This document shows positions 1-8,406 of a stretch of DNA of 28,713 bases, piece by piece. Position numbers and translations under genes: made by a program. The stretch spans positions 1-28,713 of the forward strand of contig CAYNQI010000011.1 in the NCBI GenBank assembly GCA_964399335.1. Direction: 5' to 3'. Below the pieces are notes generated by a model. That model was not told where the DNA came from and did no database searches. It saw only the letters and a program-made list of their open reading frames with translations. The stretch is from an uncultured Thermoplasmata archaeon (GTDB lineage Archaea > Thermoplasmatota > Thermoplasmata > Halarchaeoplasmatales > Halarchaeoplasmataceae). Position 1 is the stretch's first letter. Each line of letters opens with the position of its first letter.

Positions 1-1
1 A

Positions 2-370
2 GAAAAAGTTTTTAGCAAAAAAATTATTTTAACTATTTCAACAGGATTCTCAGCCCTAGCTATAATATTGGTATCTCAAACTGAATCTCTTATGATATTG
101 ATATTGATATCGATATTCTGGGGTATTATAGGGGGACTCTATCACCCTGTGGTTTTCGAGATGATAGCAGATGGAACGGCAAAAGAGGACAGAGGAAAAG
201 GTATGGGTATAAGGGGTACTATGGGTACGATAGGTTCTTTCTCGGGCATAATCATCTTCTCAAATCTTGCAGAGATATTTTCAGTTGGAACCGCATTATT
301 GATAGCAGGTATATCGATGATCATCGGTGTGATATCCATAGAGTTTTACTTGAGGCCAGGAAAGAAATGA
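2..370 (+). CDS. MFS transporter, C-terminal part (5'-truncated by window edge)
   Basis: The frame is open from position 2 (EKVFSKKIILTISTGFSALAIILVSQ...), upstream of the TTG at 68. It has hydrophobic helices and the MFS-like loop 'ADGTAKEDRGKGMGIRGTMGTIGSFSG'. Confidence 0.8.
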   Translation, partial: EKVFSKKIILTISTGFSALAIILVSQTESLMILILISIFWGIIGGLYHPVVFEMIADGTAKEDRGKGMGIRGTMGTIGSFSGIIIFSNLAEIFSVGTALLIAGISMIIGVISIEFYLRPGKK

Positions 371-591
371 TCCATGTTCAGTACTTTTTGATGGTTCTGG
401 GTTTCAGTATGATAAAACATTCCTAATGAATAGTCTGTTCATCTTGGGGATATTGTTCATGTTTGTCGGGTTCCCCAGTCAAATTCCATATCGAAGACCT
501 GATATACTGTTCTATCGTAGTTGTAGTAGTATCCTATCTAGTTCTATGAACCTATCGTAGATACCCAATAAAATAGCGGTGAATATCCATT

Positions 592-1080
592 TCACTTATA
601 TATATCCGGTATGACCACATTATCGCCCAACATGATATCATTATCTTCAAAGAATCCCCGGTTCACTTCAAGAGCGAATCTATATGGCTCTTCAGGTATG
701 TGTACCTCAGTAGTTTCCGGTACCATATGTTGAATATCCATTATCGTTCCGCTCTCAGAGATAAAAGCTATAGAAAGCGATACGTACGTATCCTTCATCC
801 AAAATCCTCCTTCAACTTCCTCTTCAAATACGAAAAGCATACCGCAGTTATCACACAGCGTTTCTCGACCCATCAATCCCTTTTCCTTTTGTTCATTATC
901 TTCAGCTATTAGAACACTCATTTCGATTTCTTCTTTACTTGAATTAATAATAAAGATAGTTTCTTCTTCAAAATGGATGGTATCTTGAGTACCTCTGATA
1001 GCGAACCATATCACAAGCATCAATACTATAATCAATGCTAAGTAAAGAGCTAAATTTTTCTTCTGAAGTTTTATTTTCAA
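592..1080 (-). CDS. DUF192 family protein with N-terminal membrane anchor/signal
   Basis: Motifs 'EKGLMGRE', 'GMLFVF', 'FWMKDTYVSLSIAFI', 'FALEVNRGF'; N-terminal hydrophobic stretch; TTG start with GAGG upstream. Confidence 0.9.
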   Translation of the reverse strand: MKIKLQKKNLALYLALIIVLMLVIWFAIRGTQDTIHFEEETIFIINSSKEEIEMSVLIAEDNEQKEKGLMGRETLCDNCGMLFVFEEEVEGGFWMKDTYVSLSIAFISESGTIMDIQHMVPETTEVHIPEEPYRFALEVNRGFFEDNDIMLGDNVVIPDIYK

Positions 1081-1163
1081 TTTTACAGCCTCGTACTTAC
1101 GATATTATGATTTGAATCTGATATATACGTTATGCAGGACTTAAAAACATTCTCATCAGATCT

Positions 1164-2123
1164 TCATCTCCATTTTTTTCTAAAGGAGATCCAAGCTGGT
1201 TTTTTTTCGAAACCCAGTTTTTCGTTAAGATGAACTATACCCTTATTCTTCGTTTCGTTACTTGTCTTGATCTTAGAGATCCCATTTTCCTTTGCTTTCT
1301 TGATAACCTTAACTTTCATGGCTGTTGCTATACCTCTACCTCTGTACTCCCTTTTTACACCTGTAAGATAAGTGGAAAGAGAATTGTCTTCTTTCTCGAG
1401 CACATTGCTGCTCATCCCGATGAATTCACCTTCTTTGACGGCTATTATGCATCCTTCGAAGAAACGTCCAGGATGGTTGAATACTTTTTCGATGTATCTT
1501 TCGTAATCCATATGTGTATAATCGTCGTGCATAGGAACATCTTCCATCAGAACTTCGTGGAGTTCGTATAATCTTCTTTTCTTTTCTTCGGTATGTTCGA
1601 TGTCTTTCAGGGATTTTAAAAAGATATCTTCTTCAGCTAACTTATCCTCCAATCCTCCATAGTCACTAAAATCGAATTCGTCAACATCCAGTACAGATAC
1701 CCATTCCCTCATGAAAGGTTCGAAACCTCTGTCTTTTAGGAAACGGATAGATCTTTTTTTGTCTTCTTTAGCATAACACACGAGTTTTGATGGATCAAAC
1801 TTATCTAACTCTCCCATCAGATGGTTGTAAAGCTTAGAACCGTACCCTTCTCCTTGATAGTCAGGATGTATTTCTATATCGATCCTGAATTTTCCAGGTT
1901 GATAGTTACCTTCCCATTGTGTGTATAAACTATGTCCGATAAACTCCTCATCTAGCTCTGCAATATATCTTTGATGTTTACACTTTTCTGCTCTATTGTT
2001 ATCAATATGTTTGAAAAATTCAACACTGTTTTTTCTATCGGGATATAATAGGTTGTGTAAATTTACGATATCCTCATAATACGATTCATCGAATTTTGAA
2101 ATCCGGAGATTTTTCTTATCCAT
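1164..2123 (-). CDS. Tandem (two-domain) GNAT N-acetyltransferase
   Basis: Two acetyl-CoA-binding motif A copies ('HPDYQGEGYGSKL', 'REYRGRGIATAMK') and two 'xxGF' motif B ends. Confidence 0.9.
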   Translation of the reverse strand: MDKKNLRISKFDESYYEDIVNLHNLLYPDRKNSVEFFKHIDNNRAEKCKHQRYIAELDEEFIGHSLYTQWEGNYQPGKFRIDIEIHPDYQGEGYGSKLYNHLMGELDKFDPSKLVCYAKEDKKRSIRFLKDRGFEPFMREWVSVLDVDEFDFSDYGGLEDKLAEEDIFLKSLKDIEHTEEKKRRLYELHEVLMEDVPMHDDYTHMDYERYIEKVFNHPGRFFEGCIIAVKEGEFIGMSSNVLEKEDNSLSTYLTGVKREYRGRGIATAMKVKVIKKAKENGISKIKTSNETKNKGIVHLNEKLGFEKKPAWISFRKKWR

Positions 2124-2159
2124 GGGTTCTAGATATAAAAAAATTCAAAATATTAAAGA

Positions 2160-2173
2160 TTAACTATAGTTAA
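2160..2173. promoter_or_regulatory. Perfect 14-bp palindrome TTAACTATAGTTAA, candidate operator in a divergent promoter
   Basis: The sequence is its own reverse complement and lies between the divergent GNAT and membrane-protein starts. Function is inferred. Confidence 0.35.
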
Positions 2174-2243
2174 CAATGGAATAACATAGAAATCAATACG
2201 TATAAATAAAGCTCCATAATATTAATGAATTAGGTGGAAGATA

Positions 2244-2705
2244 ATGGACGGTATCAAACTGAGTGATCAGAACTTGTTCACAAACGATGATGTTGAAACA
2301 GCTAAAAACAAGATCCGCTCAATCGTGTATTCCGAATCCAGCACGAATTTAACTAGTTACCAGAATATATTAGAAGGAAAGAGTACACTGAATTCCTACG
2401 AGTTTGAATTTTATCCTCAACAGAACGGAACCACAATTCAGGCTAAGTATGGTGTGACTACTTTAGGTTTGATACTCGGCATAATATTACTTATTCCTGG
2501 AGTGATCTTTGGTGCTATAATTTTCATCTTATGGTATCTTAAGATGGATGAGGTAAAAAGTGCTTTAGGTAGAGCTTTTCCACAGTACGTTCCACCACAA
2601 TATGCATATCCACAGAGTCAAACACCACCACCACAGGAACCAGCGAATGAAGAAAGTACTCATTCCACTCAAGGCGATCCAAAGACCCCACCACCTCCCG
2701 AATGA
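2244..2705 (+). CDS. Hypothetical membrane protein with Pro/Gln-rich C-terminal tail
   Basis: AGGTGG SD upstream of the ATG; hydrophobic segment 'LGLILGIILLIPGVIFGAIIFILWYL'; tail ends 'KTPPPPE'. Confidence 0.75.
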   Translation: MDGIKLSDQNLFTNDDVETAKNKIRSIVYSESSTNLTSYQNILEGKSTLNSYEFEFYPQQNGTTIQAKYGVTTLGLILGIILLIPGVIFGAIIFILWYLKMDEVKSALGRAFPQYVPPQYAYPQSQTPPPQEPANEESTHSTQGDPKTPPPPE

Positions 2706-2716
2706 TCTGACTATAA

Positions 2717-3166
2717 TTATTTATGAGATTTCAACTCTTCAAAGACAGACTCAACGTTCTTACCAGTTTCGTCGATTATAGCTTGCCAACCTTCGTTATC
2801 CGGAGCTATGCCTAATAATCGGGCAGCTTTCATGATGGATATATGGTAGACTGTTTGTACCCCTGGTTCCTGTTCCCATATGACCATATTGCATGGAAAA
2901 AGGCCTCCGATCTTCATGGTTATATCCAGGGCTTTATCAGCAACTTTGGCATTGCAGGCACCCAATACGTAATACGGATCTTTATCGGCTCCTACTTTTT
3001 TGTTCAACACCTCAGAAGGTGAGAACTCAACAAGTATCCCGAAACCGTTATTTTCACAGACCTTTCGTACGTATTCAACAGCCTCTTCGTGTCCCATCTC
3101 TAACCTTGCTGTTTGTTCTCCGATATCGTCGGAATCCAATATATTAGGATCTATCTTCAGTATCAT
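2717..3166 (-). CDS. DUF302 family protein
   Basis: Motifs 'GFGILVEFSPSEVLNKK', 'YYVLGACN', 'GLFPCNMVIWE'. The start is placed at ATG 3166 because GGTGAT lies just upstream (the ORF track starts at 3178). Confidence 0.85.
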   Translation of the reverse strand: MILKIDPNILDSDDIGEQTARLEMGHEEAVEYVRKVCENNGFGILVEFSPSEVLNKKVGADKDPYYVLGACNAKVADKALDITMKIGGLFPCNMVIWEQEPGVQTVYHISIMKAARLLGIAPDNEGWQAIIDETGKNVESVFEELKSHK

Positions 3167-3171
3167 TCTGA

Positions 3172-3594
3172 TCACCATTCTACGTCAACGTTTACTCCAT
3201 CTGTCAAAGTGTTATCTACGGGACATCTATGCTGTACAGTTTCCATAAACTCTGTGATTTTTTCTTCAGGAATGCCTTCAATTTTTTTTACTTCCACTTT
3301 AATACTTTGTAGTCCAGATGGAACATCTGCTTTTCCCATTACTCCACGTGGATCTAGTTCTCCATGGATCTCTAGGCTGAAATCTTTTAGTTCGAACCCC
3401 ATCTGCTGAGCTACGATAGTCCCAGTAAAATCTAGACAGCCCACAATAGAAGCAAGTAGAATTTCAATCGGGTTTGGACCTTTGTTCGCACCTCCAATTT
3501 TTTCTGGCTCATCGATAGTTATAGTAAAATCTCTGATCTTTACTTTGGATTCGAACCCACTCTTTTTATCCAGAACGGCTTTATATTTATTCAT
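3172..3594 (-). CDS. OsmC/Ohr family protein
   Basis: 'IDEPEKIGGANKGPNPIEILLASIVGCL' and 'HRCPV' carry the two conserved Cys. ATG 3594 follows a GGTGGA SD; ATG 3609 is an alternative start. Confidence 0.9.
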   Translation of the reverse strand: MNKYKAVLDKKSGFESKVKIRDFTITIDEPEKIGGANKGPNPIEILLASIVGCLDFTGTIVAQQMGFELKDFSLEIHGELDPRGVMGKADVPSGLQSIKVEVKKIEGIPEEKITEFMETVQHRCPVDNTLTDGVNVDVEW

Positions 3595-3943
3595 TTTTTC
3601 TCCACCCATGTTATCATATACGTTATAACAACATTATATAATAAATCTGTGGAGAACTTTTTGATTTATGAAATGAAATAAGAAATCATATAAATCTGTA
3701 CATCCATACTGTTCAGAGTTAGAGAAGCTCACGGTTCGACAGTGGGGGAAGGGGTCACATTAGAAAAAAACTAGAAATCAAAGCCCACTTTTTAGAACAC
3801 TGGTTTGAGAAGAAAGGGTTCGAGCCACTTCAAATGTGATAGAAACTAATAGATATCGAACAATCCGTCGAATTTACCGAAAACTCTATTCCTCTAGGAT
3901 GAAAACCAAGTCGTAATCAGACATATACCAGTCTGCAACCAAA

Positions 3944-3962
3944 AATTACCTATATAGTAATT
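3944..3962 (+). promoter_or_regulatory. Probable acs TATA box (TATATA 3951-3956) flanked by inverted repeat AATTAC/GTAATT
   Basis: TATA-like element about 45 nt upstream of ATG 4001; the 6-bp inverted arms are seen directly. Confidence 0.4.
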
Positions 3963-4000
3963 CATTACAGATAGAATAGTTAGAGATATAGGTGTTTAAA

Positions 4001-5953
4001 ATGACAGAAGAAGAAAGTCATATCGAATCAAGAATGGAAGGTAAGGACATATACTCTCCTCCTGAGGAGTTCAAAAAACAGGCGAACGTAAATGATCCAG
4101 AAATATACAAGTACGCTGAAGAAAACTACGAGGAATTTTGGGCGGACCTTGCTGAAAGACTCGATTGGTATGAAAAGTGGGACGAAGTTTTGAAGTGGGA
4201 TCCACCTCATGCTGAATGGTTTGTTAATGGGAAATTAAATGCAGCATATAACTGTGTGGATAGACATGTTGAGAATGGAAAAGGCGATAAGACAGCTCTT
4301 ATCTGGGAAGGAGAACCGACAGACGAAACTAGGAAATATACTTTCTCTGAATTAAAAGATGAGGTTTCAAAATTCGCAAATGGTCTTAAGGAATTGGGAG
4401 TTGAAAAAGGAGATATCGTAACATTTTATCTTCCGATGATTCCTGAGCTTGCTATCGGTCTTCTCGCTTGTGCCAGGATCGGTGCACCTCACAGTGTCGT
4501 TTTCGGAGGTTTTTCTCCTTCAGCACTGAGAGAAAGGATGAATGATGCCGAATCAAAATTCTTAGTTACAGCTGATGGATATTACAGAAGAGGTAAAGTA
4601 ATCAATATGTGGGAGAATGCTGAAGAAGCGTTAGAAGGTGCATCACACGTCGAAAAAGTGATATCGGTGGAAAGGATCGGAAGAGATGACGTTGAATACA
4701 AAGAAGGAAGAGATGTTGTATATGATGAATTAGTTAAAGATCAATCCGTGGAATGTGAACCCAAAAAGATGGACGCAGAGGACATGCTTTTCTTGATGTA
4801 CACAAGCGGTACAACAGGTAAACCAAAGGGTGTTGTACATACTACTGGAGGATATTTAACAGGTACATCTGCAACCCATAACTATGTCTTCGACATCAAA
4901 GATGACGACATATACTGGTGTACAGCCGATATAGGTTGGATCACAGGCCACAGCTACATCGTTTATGGCCCATTAGCTAACGGAACAACCACATTGATGT
5001 ACGAGGGAGCACCGGATACACCCACAAAGGACAGGTTCTGGCAGATAATCGAAAAATATGAGGTGACTAAACTTTACACAGCTCCAACCGCTATAAGATT
5101 GTTCATGAAATGGGGTAGAGAGTATCCTGACAAACACGACCTATCGAGTTTGAAGGTTTTAGGTTCTGTAGGAGAACCGATCAATCCTAAAGCTTGGAAA
5201 TGGTATCACGAAGTCATAGGTGGAGGAGATTGCCCCATCGTTGATACTTGGTGGCAGACCGAAACCGGTATGATGCTGATCACACCTTTACCAGGGATCA
5301 CCGATTTGAAACCGGGTAGTGCAACACATCCATTCCCAGGTTTAAAAGCAGATATCTACGATGCCGCTGGAAACAGCCTTGAAGCTAACCAAGGTGGATA
5401 TTTGGTTATCAAAAGACCTTGGCCATCAATGTTAAGAACACTTTACAAGGAACCAGAAAGATATGTAGAAACATACTGGTCAGAGTATGAAAAAGGTATA
5501 TACTTCGCTGGAGACGGTGCTCGAATAGACGAAGATGGATATTTCTGGGTCGTAGGTAGGATAGATGATGTTTTGAACGTTGCAGGACACAGACTCAGCA
5601 CAATGGAGATGGAAAGTGCACTGGTTGATCACGAAGCAGTTGCTGAAGCTGCGGTAGTTGGAAAACCCGATGAAGTAAAAGGACAAGTTCCTATCGCTTA
5701 CGTGATCTTAGAATCCGGTCGTGAAGAATCTGATGAATTGGCAAGTGAATTGAGGGCACACGTCGGAAAGATCATAGGTCCGATAGGTAAACCAGCAGCA
5801 GTTAGATTCACAAGAGATCTACCAAAAACAAGATCTGGAAAGATAATGAGAAGGATCTTAAAGAAACTTGAAAAAGGAGAATCCGCTGGAGATACATCCA
5901 CTCTAAGAAACCCAGATATCGTAGAAGAGATCCGAGAGATGGTCAACGAGTAA
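4001..5953 (+). CDS. acs: Acetate--CoA ligase (AMP-forming acetyl-CoA synthetase)
   Basis: 'YTSGTTGKPKG', 'WCTADIGWITGHSY', 'DTWWQTETG', 'LPKTRSGKIMRR', 'GDTSTL'. AGGTG SD at 3990-3994 supports ATG 4001 over GTG 3992. Confidence 0.97.
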   Translation: MTEEESHIESRMEGKDIYSPPEEFKKQANVNDPEIYKYAEENYEEFWADLAERLDWYEKWDEVLKWDPPHAEWFVNGKLNAAYNCVDRHVENGKGDKTALIWEGEPTDETRKYTFSELKDEVSKFANGLKELGVEKGDIVTFYLPMIPELAIGLLACARIGAPHSVVFGGFSPSALRERMNDAESKFLVTADGYYRRGKVINMWENAEEALEGASHVEKVISVERIGRDDVEYKEGRDVVYDELVKDQSVECEPKKMDAEDMLFLMYTSGTTGKPKGVVHTTGGYLTGTSATHNYVFDIKDDDIYWCTADIGWITGHSYIVYGPLANGTTTLMYEGAPDTPTKDRFWQIIEKYEVTKLYTAPTAIRLFMKWGREYPDKHDLSSLKVLGSVGEPINPKAWKWYHEVIGGGDCPIVDTWWQTETGMMLITPLPGITDLKPGSATHPFPGLKADIYDAAGNSLEANQGGYLVIKRPWPSMLRTLYKEPERYVETYWSEYEKGIYFAGDGARIDEDGYFWVVGRIDDVLNVAGHRLSTMEMESALVDHEAVAEAAVVGKPDEVKGQVPIAYVILESGREESDELASELRAHVGKIIGPIGKPAAVRFTRDLPKTRSGKIMRRILKKLEKGESAGDTSTLRNPDIVEEIREMVNE

Positions 5954-5977
5954 ACCCTTTCCAACAAAACCCTTTAT

Positions 5978-6622
5978 TTATTTTTTAATTTTACATTTCA
6001 AGGTATAAACCATCCCTATCATATGACTGTTGATTCTTTTAACATCGAAATCAGCATTCAATATCTTTTCTATATCCCTATCCATATGGGTCCTACCGAA
6101 AAGCTTTGCAGACAACATCATGGGTATGAAAAAGAGAAAAGCAGCTTTACTAGGAGGTTTACCGGTATCGATAACTATCATTTTTCCATCTTTTTTTAAT
6201 ATCCTAGCACATTCTTTTGCAGCTTTTTTTGGGTTGGGTAAAGTTGTAAAGGTAAAAGTAGCTATGATCCTATCGAAGCAGTTATCTGGGAATTGAGAAT
6301 TTTCTATATCATCGTATCTTACACTTGCAGTTTCGTCGATCTCATCTTTTTCGATACGTCTTTTTGTTCTTCGAAGCATGCCTTTACTGATGTCGGTTCC
6401 TACGACTTTTCCTTTATCTAGATAAGATGATATCTCAGGTAATATTTGACCAGTACCTGTACCGATATCAAGAACTTTCTCATCACCAGACAGTTCTAAA
6501 GACTCAATGGCTTGAGTTTTCCATTTTTTTTGTGGTCTACCGATTAGAGGAAAATTGTCTATTTTATCGTAGAATGAATTCCACTTGTCGTATCTTGACG
6601 CCACTTTTTCCTTATCTGCCAT
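5978..6622 (-). CDS. Class I SAM-dependent methyltransferase (UbiE/PmtA-like; substrate not assignable)
   Basis: Motif I 'KVLDIGTGTG', 'VVGTDISKGML', 'FPDNCFDRI', 'ARILKKDG'. Confidence 0.9.
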   Translation of the reverse strand: MADKEKVASRYDKWNSFYDKIDNFPLIGRPQKKWKTQAIESLELSGDEKVLDIGTGTGQILPEISSYLDKGKVVGTDISKGMLRRTKRRIEKDEIDETASVRYDDIENSQFPDNCFDRIIATFTFTTLPNPKKAAKECARILKKDGKMIVIDTGKPPSKAAFLFFIPMMLSAKLFGRTHMDRDIEKILNADFDVKRINSHMIGMVYTLKCKIKK

Positions 6623-6679
6623 CTAAGTATTGAAGATGATATCAATTATAAAAAGTCTACACAACGTTAACAAAAACGA

Positions 6680-7633
6680 TTACCAAACAAAAGCCATACC
6701 TAAAGTAAGTTCTTGATACACTATAAGATACGAAATCACGTACCCTAATATAGCCCCGGTATTTAGAAGTGGTAATCCAGCTTGAGGATTTCCTTTCAAA
6801 ACAAATCTCATAAGGACTAAAACTCCGACTACAGATCCAATTATACATCCAAAGGCGACTAAAACCGGTGCATAAAATCCAGCTACGATAATACCAGGAA
6901 GATGATAACTGGCCGAAACAGCAAGGATCCCGGGAATTATCAAGTCACCTAAACCGATGAAAACAGCGTCTCTCTTTTCACTTTTATCTACTTCCTGCAT
7001 TATACCTTCTTTTTTGTAAAATGAATAGCTCAGTTTTTTGGGTATGACTAGTACCACAGGCAACTTCATCTTCATCACACCAGAAGCTAGTGATATCATA
7101 TGTTTTGTCTTGTAAACTGAAATGAAATCATAGACCGCCAAGACAATCAATAAGACAAAAACAGGCAATATCCCGAAACTCATCCCAAAAATAGCTGCAA
7201 TGCCTGCACCCATAACAATACCTATACCGTCAACAACATACCATTCAGGGAATTTATACAATGTGTATGTCAGGGATATCGCTAAAAATATTGATATCGA
7301 TAGAGGTATATCTAATGAGAACCCACCAATCCTAAATATGTATGGTATAAAATAGAAAAGAACAGGATAAAATACATAGAATATAGTGAGTCCTACTACC
7401 CCTAATATAGCGTACTGGATGAAATCCCCTTTTGTATATTTCATCACAGCTAGCATTATACCTGTAAATATGATTATGAATGCTACATAAATTAGGGGGT
7501 TAATAGGATCGTCAACATCCTCCCCAAAAGCCTGATATTCTTGAGGAAAGATGTTTACTACAGCTACCGCTCCTATCTGTACTATCACCATCAAGCAGGC
7601 AATTGCGACAACAGGAACGTACTTTCTATCCAA
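6680..7633 (-). CDS. Presenilin-like (PSH/A22) intramembrane aspartyl protease
   Basis: Catalytic 'LAVYDFISVYKTKHM' and 'GLGDLIIP', C-terminal 'PQAGLPLLN', multiple TM helices; TTG start with AGGTG SD. Confidence 0.93.
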   Translation of the reverse strand: MDRKYVPVVAIACLMVIVQIGAVAVVNIFPQEYQAFGEDVDDPINPLIYVAFIIIFTGIMLAVMKYTKGDFIQYAILGVVGLTIFYVFYPVLFYFIPYIFRIGGFSLDIPLSISIFLAISLTYTLYKFPEWYVVDGIGIVMGAGIAAIFGMSFGILPVFVLLIVLAVYDFISVYKTKHMISLASGVMKMKLPVVLVIPKKLSYSFYKKEGIMQEVDKSEKRDAVFIGLGDLIIPGILAVSASYHLPGIIVAGFYAPVLVAFGCIIGSVVGVLVLMRFVLKGNPQAGLPLLNTGAILGYVISYLIVYQELTLGMAFVW

Positions 7634-7644
7634 AACTCACACCT

Positions 7645-8286
7645 TTACAATCTACTAGCAAAGGCCATTGTGCCCTTTACACTGTTCACACGGATCTTTA
7701 CTTCTTCACCCTTCGTGGTGCCTGGTACATATATGATATATTTTCCAACCTTAGCTACTCCGTCGCCTTTACTACCGATATCCTGTATTCGAACCTCGTA
7801 TATTCCACCTTCTTCTATACGTTCAGATTCAGCAGTTTTGTGACCTCTTTTCTTTTTACCTCTTACAGGCCTATGTGCACCACATGCATCACATTCTAGA
7901 ATGGTTATACGTCCGTCTTTAACTAGCCGAGTATCAGGGCGACCACATTCTGAACATAATACATATTTTTCAACATAACTTTCGATCTTATCTCTGATCT
8001 TTCTTGGATTGATTTTGCCTTTAAAAACTACTCTCCCATTTTCTCTATCTCCAGCAGTGGCTAATTCTCTTAGTAAATATTTGAGGAGTTTTTCAGGTTC
8101 TCTATTAAGTTGATTTGATATATCTGTAAAGTTTCTTAATATAGTTGTATTTCCTTCGACCATGGCATCTATTTCAGGTATTTCGAATCTTGAATGATTT
8201 GATATCTCATCGGGAAGGTCTTTTCTAGCTCTGCTTAATAAGTCATCGTAATCATTACCTTCCCCTTCTGGTTCATCTTCAGTCAT
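7645..8286 (-). CDS. eif2b: Translation initiation factor aIF2 subunit beta with C-terminal TRAM domain
   Basis: 'RFEIPEID...EGNTTILRNF', 'LLRELATAG', zinc ribbon CSECGRPDT...CDACGA, TRAM 'YEVRIQDIGSKGDGVAK'. ATG 8286 is preferred to TTG 8295; the start is uncertain. Confidence 0.95.
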   Translation of the reverse strand: MTEDEPEGEGNDYDDLLSRARKDLPDEISNHSRFEIPEIDAMVEGNTTILRNFTDISNQLNREPEKLLKYLLRELATAGDRENGRVVFKGKINPRKIRDKIESYVEKYVLCSECGRPDTRLVKDGRITILECDACGAHRPVRGKKKRGHKTAESERIEEGGIYEVRIQDIGSKGDGVAKVGKYIIYVPGTTKGEEVKIRVNSVKGTMAFASRL

Positions 8287-8406
8287 AGTATCCAAATGTC
8301 GTTAGGAACGTTTACTTTAAAAATGTATTGGTTAGAAGAAATCACCCGATATATTATCCAATGGTTTTGTGATAGATTTTTATACGATTGAATTATTGTT
8401 AATGAT

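Noticed and set aside
3622-3629. SurR-type operator upstream of OsmC
   Set aside because: The SurR consensus is GTT-N3-AAC, whereas this site has a 2-nt spacer. It is kept only as a generic palindrome.
3727-3835. tRNA-like GGTTCGA T-loop motifs
   Set aside because: I could not build a T-stem, acceptor stem or anticodon arm around either copy.
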